In this document: positions 47,630-64,000 of the stretch, piece by piece
Position numbering within the stretch: position 1 is the first letter of the stretch
Layout: every line of letters starts with the position of its first letter
Source: the human T2T-CHM13v2.0 reference genome, Homo sapiens
Assembly: GCF_009914755.1 (NCBI RefSeq)
Contig: NC_060939.1
Direction: 5' to 3' (one strand)
Length of the DNA: 64,000 bases
The notes under the pieces: generated by a model
What the model was told of the DNA's origin: nothing
Databases searched by the model: none
Seen by the model: only the letters and a program-made list of their open reading frames with translations
Position numbers and translations under genes: made by a program

Positions 47630-48830
47630 GCATTTTAGCCCATTTGGGCTGCTATAACAAACTCCCATAGACTGGGTGGCTTATTTCAGGGAAATTCAAG
47701 ATTAAGATACTAGAAGATTTGGTGTCAGGTGAGAGGTCACTCTCTGCTTCATAGAAGGCATCTTTTTGCTGCGTCCTCACATAGATGAAGGGGCAAACAA
47801 GCTCCCCTGGGCCTCTTTTATAAGAGCCCTAATCTCATTCATGAAGGTGGAACCTTCCCAAAAGCCCCACCTGTTAACACCAGCATAGTGGGGAGTAGCT
47901 TTCAGCACATGAATTTTGGGAGATACTAACAGACCCCAGTAATGTGCCTCTGATGCTCTTAAAACTGAAAAATCTCTTCCTAAGTGCATTCCTTGGAAGA
48001 ATCTATAATATAAGCATTTATCACAGAGTTCAGATGACCTCCCCGCCAAGCCCGTCTCCAGTCCCACCTTTTCTACTTACAAGTTGAATGACCTTCACTG
48101 AGTCTCTAAAGTAAAGGGGCTCGACTAAGTCAGTAGTTCTCAAACATTAGCATGTGTCAGCTTCAAAACATCAATTTCTGGAGGTAGAGCCATTGGCAAA
48201 TGATTAGGTCATGAGGGTGGAACCCTCATAAAGGAGGCCTAAGGGAACTCATTCATACCATCTGCCACGTGAGAACACAGCGAGAAGTGCCATCTATGAG
48301 CCAGAAAGTGAGTCCTCACCAGACACCAAATCTCCTAGCACTTTGATCTTGGACTTCCCAGCTTCCAGAACTGTAAGAAATAAATTTTTGTTGTATCTAA
48401 GCTGCCCAGTTTATGGTATTTTATTACAGTAGTCCAGACAGACGAAGTTTAGCATTTTGCAAGCTGGAGACTTAGGATGGGTGGTGATATGTTTCCAAGG
48501 CCTAGAAAGAAAGTCCCTGGTGTAGATTAGGTCTTCAGACCTGAGAACCAGGAGCTCTGAGAGCTGAAGAAGGTTAATGTCCTGCCTCAGTAGTCAGGCA
48601 TGGAATAAATTCAACTTTTCTCTGCCTTTTTGTCCTATTCAGGCCCACAGCCAATTGAATTATATCTATTCACATAGAGGAGTCCCATCTGCTTTTTACT
48701 CAGTCCACCAATCCAAATGCTAATCTCTTCTGGAAACACCCTTGAGACACACCCAGGAATAATGTGCAATAAACTCTCTGGGCATCCCATAGACCAATCA
48801 AGTTGTCAGGTAAGATTAACCAACACTGTG
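47630..48830. mobile_element. LTR fragment cluster: MLT1A-like (-, 47630-47935), MLT1A-like (+, 48180-48447), MLT2-like (-, 48455-48827)
   Basis: gggctgctataacaaa...agactgggtggctta; gatcttggacttcccagcttccagaactgtaagaaataaattt; aatgctaatctcttctggaaacaccct. Confidence 0.75.
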
Positions 48831-49522
48831 ACCTTGAGAAAAATGACTTATCCTCTCACCAGTTTTCTCATTTATAAAATGAGGTAATCACAATACCATA
48901 TCTTATGTAATTTGATGTGGAAACTGGGGTTCACATCCTTAATCCCTCACAACAGAACATCCATTTTGTGCCCAGCCACAAGATGTGGATCATCACTAGC
49001 CAAAGCCAGTTACATTCCTCTTTTGTCAGAAACTGTTGCCGGGGTAGGGGGGTGAGTGTTGTGATATAAATTGGTTTCCATCCACAGTTCCTGGCTTTTA
49101 ACTCCCATCACCCGAGATAGTTTTTTGTTATAATGTTGAATGTGTTCAGTCTCAGAAAATAGAATCTCCTGCCCTCCTTTCACCTTCCCCAAGGCAAAAC
49201 TCTCATCTTTCCCCATCTTTCTGATTGTGAGTCTTAAGATCTTCCCCAGGGAGGTCCCCACTCCAAACCCTGGAGTAAGGAATGCTGACATCATGAAGCT
49301 TCCATAAAACCCAAAAGGTTTGGGTTCCTGGAGCTTCCGAATCCCATGGAGGTTCCAGGAGAATGGTGCATACAGGGAGGGCATGGGAGCTCCATGACAC
49401 TTCCCCATAGCTCACCCTATGCATCTCTTCATCTGTAACCTTTGCAACATTCCTTATAATAATCCACTAGACATGTTTCCTTGAGTTCTGTGAGCCACTC
49501 CAGCAAATTAGTGGTACACAAA

Positions 49523-52051
<2,529 letters not shown>

Positions 52052-52363
52052 CAAAGAAAGGGTCTTGGGAACCCCAAGTTGAAGTTGATGGGTCAGAAGT
52101 TCTGGAGGCCTGGACTTGTGACTGGTGTCAGGTGGGCAGGGGACAGTCTTGGGGACTGAGCCCTCAAGCTCTGGGATCTGATGCTATGTCCAGGTAGATA
52201 GTGTTGGAATTGAATTGGAGGATACCCAGCTGGTGCCCGCTATTTGATGTGTGAAGGGAAAAACCCTGCACCTTTGGACACAGAAGTCCTCTTCTGTGTT
52301 GACAATTGTTGTGGTGGTGTGAGAGCAGAAAAAAAATATGGTTTGAGAGAGATTTTCCCTACA

Positions 52364-52561
52364 CAAGTCCCTCCCCATTGTTTCAAGTCCCTTCCCATTG
52401 TTGCAAGTCCCTCCCCATGGTTGCAAGTCCCTCCCCATGGTTGCAAGTCCCTCTCTATTGTTTCAAGTCCCTCCACATTGTTGCAGGTCCCTCCCCATTT
52501 TTGCACTCCCTCCCCATTTTTTCAAGTCCTTCCTCATTGTTGCAAATCCCTCCCCCTCTTG
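52364..52561. repeat. 20-bp minisatellite, about 10 copies
   Basis: Unit caagtccctccccat(t/g)gtt(g/t). Confidence 0.95.
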
Positions 52562-54736
52562 CTGAAGTGACTTCCAGGGGGATTGAAAAGGTTGGTGCTT
52601 TTTTTTCCCCTTTATTTTCATCTTTTTCTACTTTGAGGAGCTAGACATTACAGACTAGGGCATTCAAAATCAGTTGCATAAACAGGAGAAGTTAGAAAAT
52701 TACTGCACATGCCCAGGAAAAGGCATCAGCTCAGAAAAGACCTGAGAGGGTGTTACGTTTACACCTGAGGCTGATTCTTGGCACAGGGACAGCCTAAAAC
52801 ATTTTTAAGCAAAACAAAAGTAAAAAACAGCAAACCCTTGGGGAGGCAGAGAATCTGACTTCCAGAGTTACCACATTATTACATTCAAATTTTTCAACAA
52901 CAACAAAATCACAAGGCATACAGAGAAACAGGAAAGTATGGCCTGCTAAAAGGAGAAAAACAAACCAACAGAAACTATGTCAACGAAGAAACAGATAACA
53001 GACCTGCTAGACAAAGACATTTAAACAACTGTCTTCAAGATGCTCAAAGAACTAAAAAAAAAAGTAGAAGTCCAAAAATGCTGTACAAACAAAACAGAAC
53101 TATTAATAAAGAGATAGGAAATCCAAAAACAAATTATAGAACTATAAAGTACCATAATTGAAATAAAAAATTCACTAGAGGGAGTCAAAGACTGATCTGA
53201 GAAGGAAGAAGTAAAAATCGGTGAAATTGAAGATAGGACAACTGAAATTATTGAGTCTGAGAAAAAGAAAGAAAAAAGCATGAAGAAATGTGAACAGAGC
53301 CTAAAGGACCTGTAGAATGCAATAAAGCAGACCAACAAATGCATCATAGGAGTCCCAGGGAAAAAGAAAGAGGAAATGGGGCAGAGAGATTGTTCTCTCT
53401 ATTGGAATAATGACTGAAAACCTCCCAGATTTAATGAAAGACATGCATATAAATATCCAAGAATCTCAACGAACTCCAAATAAGATGAACTCAAAAAGTC
53501 TGACACAAAGACACAGCATAATTAAACTGTCAAAAGTCAAAGGGATGATTTCTTCTCTCTCCTTTCTCTGTTTTGAAAGCAGAGAGAAGAAATGATCACA
53601 TATGAGGGGTCCTCAGTAAGATTAACATCAGATCTTTCATCAGAAACTAGAAGGTAGTGGGCTGATATATTCAAAGCACACACACACACAACGCTGAGGG
53701 AGTTCATTACCACTAGACCTGCCCTGCAAGAAATGTTCAAGGAAGTCCTACAGGTTGAAACAAAAGAATACTAGTCAGTAACCTGAAGCCTTATGAAGAA
53801 ATAAAGATCTCTGCAAAGGTAAATAACATGGGCAGTTAGAAAAGCTATTATTGTATAACAACAGTTTATAGCTCTACTTTTTGTTTTTAACATGATTTAA
53901 GGGACTAAAACATTTTTTAAAAAGTAATTATTAGTCTAAAAGCTAGTATTATTGTAACTTTGGTTTGTAACTCCACATTTGTTTTCTACATAATTTAAGA
54001 GATTAATGCAGAAAAACAATTATTAATTTATGTTTTTGGACACATAACATAAAGATGTAATTGTGTGACATTAATAAATGGAAAAGATGGGGTTGGAACT
54101 ACAAAGAAGCAGATGTTTTGTCTGTTATTGAAGTTGGTATAAATTCAAATTAGAATGTTTTAATTTTAGGATATTAAATGTAATCCATGATAGCTACAAA
54201 GAACATAATTATAGAATATACACAAAAGGAAATTATAAGGAAATTAAAACATTTTACTACAAAAAGTCAACTAAGCACAAAAGGAGACATTAAAGCAAGA
54301 AATGAGGGACAGAAAAAGGTATCATGCATGTAGAAAACAAATAGCAAAATGACAGAAGTCCCTCCATATCAGTAATTACTTTAAATGTAAATGTATTAAA
54401 CTCTCCAATCAAAAGACAGAGATTGCCAAAATAAATTTTTAAAACATAATCTAATTATATACTATTTACAAAAGATCCACTTTAAATAAAAAAACACAAT
54501 AGTTTGAAAATGAAAGGATAGAAAATGATATTCCATGAAAATAATGACCAAAAGAGACCAGGGGTGGCTATACTAATGTCCAACAAAATAGACTTTAAAT
54601 TTTAAAAAATTACAATAGGCAAAGAAGGACATTATACATTAACAAAAGTTTCAACACAACAGGACAATATAGTAACTATAAATAATTACACACCTAACAG
54701 ACCATCAAGACATATGAAGCAAAAATTGACAGGATC

Positions 54737-55027
54737 AGTTGGGTGCAGTGGCTCATGCCAGCACTTTGGGGGGCCAAGGCAGCTGGATCACTTGAGGTCA
54801 GGAGTTTGAGACCAGCCTGGGCAACATGGTGAAACCCTGCCTCTACTAAAAATACAAAAATTAGCCAGGCATGGTGGTGCACCCCTGTGGTCCCAGCTAC
54901 TCAGGAGTCTGAGACACAAGAATCACTTGAACCAGAAGGTGGAGGTTGCAGTGAGCCAAGATCATGCCACCACACTCTAGCGTGGGCTACAGAGCAAGAC
55001 TCTGTCTAAAAAAATAAATAAATAAAA
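54737..55027 (+). mobile_element. Alu (AluS/J)
   Basis: Dimer; TSD-like aaaa(t)tgacaggat. Confidence 0.92.
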
Positions 55028-55418
55028 ATGACAGGATTAAAAGGAGAAACAGACAATTTTACAATAATAATTGGACACTTCAACACCCCACTCTCAAAAA
55101 TGGGTGGAACAACCTGACAGAAGATAAATAAGGAAATAGAGGACTTGGACAACACAATGAACAAACTGGATTTAACAGACATACACAAAAAATTCCACCC
55201 AACAACAACAGTATGTACATTCTTCTCAAATGCACATGGACATTCTCCAAGATAGACCATATGTTAGGCCACAAACTGAGTCTCAATAAAGCTAAAAATA
55301 TATGTATTATACACAATATTTTATTATATCACAAGATAAAGTTAGAAATCAATAACAAAAGGAAAACTGGAAAATTCATAAATCTGTGGAAATTAATCAA
55401 CATACCCTTAAGCAATCA

Positions 55419-55618
<200 letters not shown>

Positions 55619-56254
55619 TTATATATATAATTTCCATACGATTTGGCAATTCCACTTCTGGGTGTGTATCCAAAAGAATTGAAAGCAGAGTCCTTAAGAG
55701 TTATTTCTTTGATAGCAGTGTTATTTACAATAGAGAAAACATGGAAGAAACCCAACAAATGAACAGATAAGCAAAATATGGTATTTACATGCAGTGGAAT
55801 ATTTTTCGGTCTTAGGAAAAAAATTCTGACATGCTACAATATGAATGAACTTTGAGAACATGATGCTAAGTAAAATAAACCACTAACAAAAAGACAAATA
55901 CTGTAGGATTCCACTTACATGAGGTACCCAGAAGAGTCAAATTCATAGAGACAGAAAGTAGAACGGTGGTTGCCAGGGGCAGAGAGGAGCAGGGAATGGG
56001 GTACTGTTTTTGAATGAGTATATAGTGTAAGTTTTGCAAAATGCAGAGTTTAAGACATGGATAGTGGTGATGGTTGCACAACAGTGTGAATCTACTTAAT
56101 TACACTGAATTGCATACTTTAAAATGGTTAAGATGGTCATTTTTTATGTTGTATGTGTTTACCACAATTTTTAAAAATTTCATTGGCTGTAAGCATTGCA
56201 GCTAGAGGACATTTCTCAGAGTCTGCCAAGGTCTGTTCTCTGTGGAATGTGTTG

Positions 56255-56475
56255 TTCAAGAGCTGTGGGGCTGTGCTACCTAGGTTTGATCCCAGCTCTG
56301 CAACTCACTAGCTGGGTGACCTTGGGTAATTTATTCAAATGCTCAGTGCCTTGGTTTTCCTATTTATAAATGAAGATAATAATAGTCCCTACCTAATAGA
56401 GTACTCGTAAGATAAAATGTTGAACTGTATATACAGACCTAATCAGAATTCCCAACCCATACTAGATCCTCAATC
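56255..56475 (+). mobile_element. MIR
   Basis: gatcccagctctgcaactcactagctgggtgaccttggg...ttttcctatttataaatgaagataataatag. Confidence 0.8.
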
Positions 56476-57391
56476 ATTATTATTATCATCATTGCAGAAA
56501 AACAAGCATTTTAGAAGAAACCAGTCAGGCCCCAAAACTCATAATTCTACATTCTTCTTCTGTTTTCCACTGTTTTCATAGTCCTTTTAGTGGTCTCCCT
56601 TCCTCCAGTCTTGACTCCTTCCAATCTGATATTCACCTTTAGGCTAAGGAAAACTTTCATAATGGCAAATCTGATCATGCACCTTCTCTGTCTAAGACTG
56701 TTCAAGTGCTACTGCCATGATCTGGCCCCTGTCAGGTTCTTGAACCCTACCTCTTGCTGTTCTCCAAGACTTCACCCATGCTGCATTTGCACTGAACTGC
56801 TTGCGGTTCCCTGAGACTGCTTTTTTGCTTCTCACACCTCAGTGCTTTGTCCACACAGCTCCCCTCACGCCCCAGGGAAGTCCTTCCATGCTTGGTCTAC
56901 CTGGCAAACACCACTGATCTTTGAAAGCACAGCTTTACGGTCACTTTTCCATGAAATGTTTTCTGGCTGCCTTGGCAGTTGATCACAGAAACTGTAATAC
57001 TTGAGTGCATTACTTGTCTCGCTCTGGCAGGAGCTGATGCTTATTCCACTTCATGTGCCCAGTACTCAGCATGGGCCTGGCATATACTACATAAATAACA
57101 CGGAATGAATGGACCTACTGTGCACCAACCAAGACAAGCAGACCTAAGTCATGGTGTCTGCTCTCAAGGAACCTAATATTGAATTAAGGTTAGAGAATAA
57201 TCCCAATCAATAGTTCAGAAGGGATGCAGTTAAATGTCTCATGAGGGTGCAAAGAGAGTCTCACCTTCAAAATGATGGCATAATTTGGGGAGATTTTATA
57301 AACATTAAAACAGCGGCCAGTATGTATCAAGCACATTTATTATTTGTCAGGAACATGCTAATTATGTTAAAATTATTATGTAAATTAAATC

Positions 57392-57654
57392 TTTTTTTTT
57401 TTTTTTTTTTTTTTGAGACAGAGTCTCACTCTGTCACCCAGGCCAGAGTGCAGTGGCGCGATCTTGGCTCACTGCAACCTCTGCCTCCTAGGTTCAAGCA
57501 ATTCTCCCTGCCTCAGCCTCCTGAGTAGTGGCACCTGCCACTACACCCAGCTAATTTTTGTACTTTTTAGTAGAGATGGGGTTTTGCCACATTGGTCAGG
57601 CTGGTCTTGAACTCCTGACCTCAGGTCCGCCCCCTCAGCCTCCCAAAGTGCTGG
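57392..57654 (-). mobile_element. 5'-truncated AluS
   Basis: Ends at cccaaagtgctgg; TSD aattaaatctt (57383-57393, 57655-57665). Confidence 0.92.
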
Positions 57655-58726
57655 AATTAAATCTTAATATATTAAAACATCAGTTTGAGCAGATAGAAAT
57701 CAGACACTGACATTTTACATAATTGAACTTACATCAGGCAGTCCTTGGTTATTACATCCATTTTCTCTTCATGTGTATATGTGTTGATTTGTATTTATTA
57801 ACCCTGTTATAGAAAGAATGCAAACAGAAAGAAAAGACTTAATGTAATCTTATATAATCTTGGATTCTACAGAGGAGCAATGGTTTTGAAAGCCAAACTT
57901 TAAAAAAATAAAACCAGAGGAAGGGTGACCTTACCTCCAAATACTTCTTGTTCACGTATCAGAGGCAATGCTGGCCAACTTGGAGGAGATAGTTGTACTG
58001 TAAACTGTGGATAGGGGGAACCCAGCTATGAAGTCAGGGAAGTTTCTGCCACGAGGAAAAGGGAAAGCCCATCCTTTCTGGCCCTCTGGAATGTGGGGAA
58101 AAGAGAGATGCAACAAGAGGTGAATCGAAGATTCCAGAGCACTCATCAGTTTCGCTTAGAGTGAAACCTAGAGGTAGAGGAGCAAAACCTTTATATGGCT
58201 ATGGAAGAATTCAAAAATACTGTGTCCAGGTTTGCTTCCCTGGACACAGCTTGAGGAAAGCTGCAGATCTAGAGAAACTCCACATTCAGCCTGAAAACAC
58301 ATCTAAACTGTCATAGAAATAAGAAGGCAGCTCTGAGTGAAAGAGGTAGCAGATCTTTGATTTTTCCAACCGTGAAGGGGATCTGGAAGTTCCGTGTGTC
58401 CCAGAGGAGACCCCAGAGGGATTGGAAGGGCGTATAGATACATAGCTTTAGAGGTGGGTCAAAGGGACTGCAGAACATGGGCCTCAGGATCAAAGGAAAA
58501 TGACCCAGACCACAGTTTTCAGCATTAGGTGCTAATGCAAGATCCCAAAGTACCACATGACTTAGTCACACCTAAGCGGACACTCTGCAAGGATCCAGGA
58601 ACAGGGTAAGACCAGTCACCCAGCAGGGAAACCAGTAAGGACACAGAAGACACCATAAGATCCTATACTTGCACAGACTGAGATGGACCTCCTTTCTCCA
58701 GGGCCATCAGGTCTTAAAATCTCTTA

Positions 58727-59620
<894 letters not shown>

Positions 59621-59640
59621 GGCTAAGAAATAGTAATAGA

Positions 59641-59936
<296 letters not shown>

Positions 59937-61872
59937 AAGAAACAGTAATAGAAGGAAAGAAATAAAAAGAAGCCAAAGAAAGACAGACACATAGTAAATT
60001 CATAATAAAGTGATATGATTACACATACGCATACATCAATAATCACAAACAATACAAATGGACTAAACTCTCTAGTTAGAAGACAAATACTGTCAATAAG
60101 GGTAAAAACATCAGCTGCATGTTGTTTATAAAACACGTTTTAAACATACAAACACAGAAAAATTTGAAAATAAAAGAAGAAACTGCTAACCAAAAGAAAA
60201 TTGTCAAAATAGACTTTAAAACAGAACGCATCACTAAAGATAAATGAAGTCATAAGTGATTAAAGGTTCCCTTCATCAGTAAGATATAAGCATTCTGGTG
60301 GCCTCCATGCTTTGTAGATTAATGAAAACCTCTCTGGAGGAGAGCACATCCATGCTAAGCCTTAGGGAACTTCACAAACGATACTTCAAGGGAAATGGTG
60401 AACACGCAGTCGAAGATAACCAAAGATAAAGACCAAGATTATTGACGAAAACATTCAACTATCCACTTTTCATAGAAAACAGCTAAAACTAGGAAAATAG
60501 AAAGATTGAAACTAAAAAGATACCACTTACGAAGCAGCTAAAAATAAAAAGAATACAGAACATGAATAGAATCGAATATAGGAAGAAATCTAGCATAAGG
60601 TAGGTAAGGCTTGAGGGACAAATTGTAATACTTACTGAGAGGCACTTTAAAAGGGTAAGTGATTGGAGAAATGTACAATATTCCTGGATAGGAAGATTCA
60701 ATATTGTACATATCGGTTCTTCCCAAACTATCTATAGATTCAGTGTAATTCAAAATTAAAATCCAAGAAGACATTTCATAACTGGACAGTTGATTCTAAA
60801 ATTTATATGGAAAAGTTAAGGGCCAAAAAAGAGGCAAAACACTACTGACAAAAGACCAAGACAGAAGGCATATGTAAAGACATATGATTAAACTAAATAG
60901 CTACAGCAATGAGGAATCAATCAGAAAAGATAAATAGATAAATAGAAGGACTAGAGCGTCTAGAAACAAATCCATACCTATATGAAATTTTCTGTAGGAA
61001 CAATTGCCAATCAGGAGAAAAAAGAGGTGAATTTTTAAATGAATGGCTCAGAGACTGTGATAATCCATATTTTAAAAATGAAATTGTATGTTTATATCAT
61101 ATCATACCAAAAATCAATTCCAAGATGTCACAAGACTTGAATGGAAAGGAAAATTATAAAACTTCAAAAGACAACATATATTAATATCTTTGTCATTTGG
61201 GAATAAAGAAGGGCTTCTTAAAACATAAAAATTATGAAACAGAAAGTAGAGTATTTAAAAGACAACTACATTCAAATTAAGAACTTCTATTTTTGCATGT
61301 GATTGAAATTTTCCATAAAAGAATCTTAAATGTAAAAACTCTGGCAATCCAAAAGCACAATAAAGATAGTACAAAGTAGGGGCCATAAATTAAATGACTT
61401 AATTTAATGCTATGAATTAAATTATAATGAATCAATATACAAAATATGTAAAGAATTTCAATGAATCAATCAAGAAAAAGACAAACAATCCAAAAGAAAA
61501 TAGACTAAAGACATAAAGCAATGTCATAAAGACAAAATACAAATGGACCATAAGCATATGTTCAATTACATTAGTAATCAAAGAAATGCCTATTAAAACC
61601 AATGAGAAAACTTTTCAAGTCCACTCAGTTGGTAAAAATTGAACAGTTGGACAATACCAACCATTGGCTAGGATGTAGTACAACTGTGACCCGATGCCCA
61701 CTGCTGAAAATACTTTGCAATCAGTTTGAAAAACAATTTGGCATTAACTAATAAAATTAAACATGTACATATCCTAAGGCCCAGATATTCCCCTAAGGCT
61801 ATATCCTGAGTAACTCCTACACATATGCAGCAAAAGATGCACACAAGATTATTCATAACCACATGTTTTTAA

Positions 61873-62188
61873 CAGGGGTCAGTACACTTCTTCTGTAAAG
61901 GGCTAAATGGTAAATATTTTATTCTTTGTGGATCATCGAGCAGCCAGTCGACTCTGCCATTGTAGAAAGAAAGCAACCTTAGACAATACATAAAGAGATA
62001 AACATGACTATGTTCCCATAAAACTTTTCTATGAACGTTGAACTTTGAATTTCATATATTCACATACCATGAAATATTCTTCTTCTTTTGATTTTTCCAA
62101 CCATTTAAAAATATAAAACTATTATTATGTTGTGGGCTATACAGGATCAGGAGGATTTGGCCCATAGGACTTTTTTTTCCAGCCTCTG
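61873..62188 (+). mobile_element. MER58B (hAT-Charlie)
   Basis: caggggtcag...ttctgtaaagggc...gcctctg; 8-bp TSD gtttttaa / gtttataa. Confidence 0.85.
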
Positions 62189-62361
62189 GTTTATAATGCA
62201 AAAGAAAAACGAAAAAGAAACAACTCAGTGTCCATCAACAGACAAAGAGCTCGATAAATTATGATATATAAACAATAGATATTATACAGTGGAGAAGAAG
62301 AATGAAATTCACACATTAGCATGAATGGAACACAAAAAGAAATAAGCCAAAAAAAGACTAC

Positions 62362-63074
62362 TGTGTTAGTCTAAGTCTTCTAAGAAGCAGACACCAAGAC
62401 AGAATTAAATGTGTAAGAGTTTTATTCCGGGGAAATACCTACGGTAAAGAAGGTGGAGCAGGAGCTGCAGAAAGTCTAGAAGAGCCATCAGACTGCAAGT
62501 CTGACCCCAGGTGAAAAGGAGGAAGAAAAGTCTGAACATGTCTTAGACGGCCATGCAGCCTAAGAAAGTTTATTCAGGGAGTCCTTGAGCCAAGCTGGTC
62601 CACAGCAGGCTTTTTACTTTATGTTTTTTTATTTTTTTATTTTTAGAAATAAACTCTCCCTCTGTCACCCAGGCTAGAGTGCAGTGGCATGATCATAGCT
62701 CATGGTAACCTCAAACTCCTGGCTCAAGCTGTCCTTCCACTTCAGCCTCCTGAGTAGCTGGGACTACAGGTGTGCACCACCATTTTTTTTGTAGAGACAG
62801 AGTCTCACTATGTTGTCCAGGCTGGTGTCAAACTCCCGGCCACATATGATTCTCGACCCCTGCCTCCTAAAGCGCTGGGATTACAGGCATGAGCCGCTGC
62901 ACCCAACCAAGTCTACTTTAGCAGCCTCGCCGCAATGTCACTGCCAGTGAACTGCACGTGGGAGACAGGCACTGACACCCATGGATTTCACAGTTCAGCA
63001 GCTAAGCTTTTGGTCACTTGATCCCTTGCAGAAGGAAGTCTCTGAGGTGCATTCCCATGGCCATTGTAGCCACA
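62362..63074 (-). mobile_element. Old ERVL LTR (LTR67B/LTR50-like) split by AluJ
   Basis: tgtgttagtct...agaagcagacaccaagacagaatt...tttattccggggaaatacct. Confidence 0.5.
62610..62909 (-). mobile_element. AluJ
   Basis: gatcatagctca...cctcaaactcctggctcaagc; linker region partly deleted. Confidence 0.88.
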
Positions 63075-64000
63075 TAGAGTATACAACCCACTCATATAAA
63101 GTTCTAAAACAGGCAAAACCAAACACTGTTTTGTTTGTTGATTTACACGTAGATACTGAAACACAAAGATAAGCAAAGGAATGATAAACGTAAACTCAGG
63201 ATGGCGGTTTACTCTGTGGGGGAGGGTGGGGAAGTAATTGAGGAATTTCACACCATGGCTCATCATTAAGGCACTGGAAATATGTACTTAAGCTGGGTGG
63301 AGGGCACATAGGTATATATTGTTTTATTATTCACTAAGCTATACATAGAAATTTTATATGCTTTTTTGTATGCGTGATGTATTGTCTGATAATTTTTATT
63401 GTAAAATATCCTTTGCATATCTAAGGAGTAGGGTGTGTAAATATTCAGTCATGCTACGAGTATAATGGCTATGTGCTTGGATGTTGTAAACTTTCAAGAT
63501 TAGGTATGTAAAGCAACCTAGTTGAAGCTCAACAAATCATAGCTCTTTTCCTCCTTTCCCTCCTGCCAAAGGCTTCAGTACTCTTCTGTATTTCTTCAGG
63601 TTCTTCTAGGAAATGGTTCTTCTGGTTTTACTGAGGAAATCAGTCGACGCAACCTAATGGTCGCCATCCAGTGGGACGTCAAAAAGCAGCCTCTCCATCT
63701 TTCTCCTTCCTTTCATCATGGTAGATGTGGGCAGAACAGCATGATTCTGCCACCTTCCTGATCACTACTCACAGGTGTAACTGAATTCATTAAGGACAGA
63801 TAGTCCTCCATTGGTAAAATATGTGTGAATCTGACCTGCTCCAATATTAACTTCCTCTAAAATTCAGAAGCATAGTCTGTATTCTCACAGTGCTTTATAT
63901 TCCCAACCAGCTCAACCCATTGTAATTCTAAGAGGCTCTGCATTGGACTAGTTGTTAAGACTCTTGTCCTGAGACAGAAATAAAGAGAAACTTGATACTG

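Larger units (their letters stand above)
59950..63400 (+). mobile_element. Ancient L1ME-like fragments interrupted by MER58B, an LTR and an Alu
   Basis: aatggactaaactctctagttagaagac; ggataggaagattcaatattgt; 3' end ggatggcggtttactctgtggggga. Confidence 0.65.

Noticed and set aside
52364-52561. CRISPR-like array
   Set aside because: Contiguous tandem units without unique spacers, eukaryotic context, no cas genes

Overview
Hominid (human-like) non-genic or intronic DNA dominated by transposable elements; I recognise no intact cellular protein-coding gene, RNA gene or CRISPR array. The main feature is a full-length L1PA3/L1PA2-type LINE-1 (2705-8781, +) with TSDs, an intact ORF1, a broken ORF2, a truncated ORF0 and an apparent ~25-nt 3' transduction. 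Other elements: a twin-primed 5'-inverted L1 fragment, about 17 Alu elements, a two-LTR THE1 MaLR nested in MER21 and carrying an Alu, several solo LTRs, DNA-transposon fossils, old L1M/L2/MIR fragments, microsatellites and a 20-bp minisatellite. The least-explained features are a double hairpin with a shared loop (25059-25172), a diverged duplicated segment resembling a decayed membrane-protein coding sequence (40122-41082), a three-monomer Alu and a G-tailed Alu. I cannot claim a new biological system from this window. Repeat subfamily names come from recalled consensus motifs and need Dfam/RepeatMasker confirmation; boundaries of old repeats are approximate. Almost all short ORFs in the track are repeat-derived noise.
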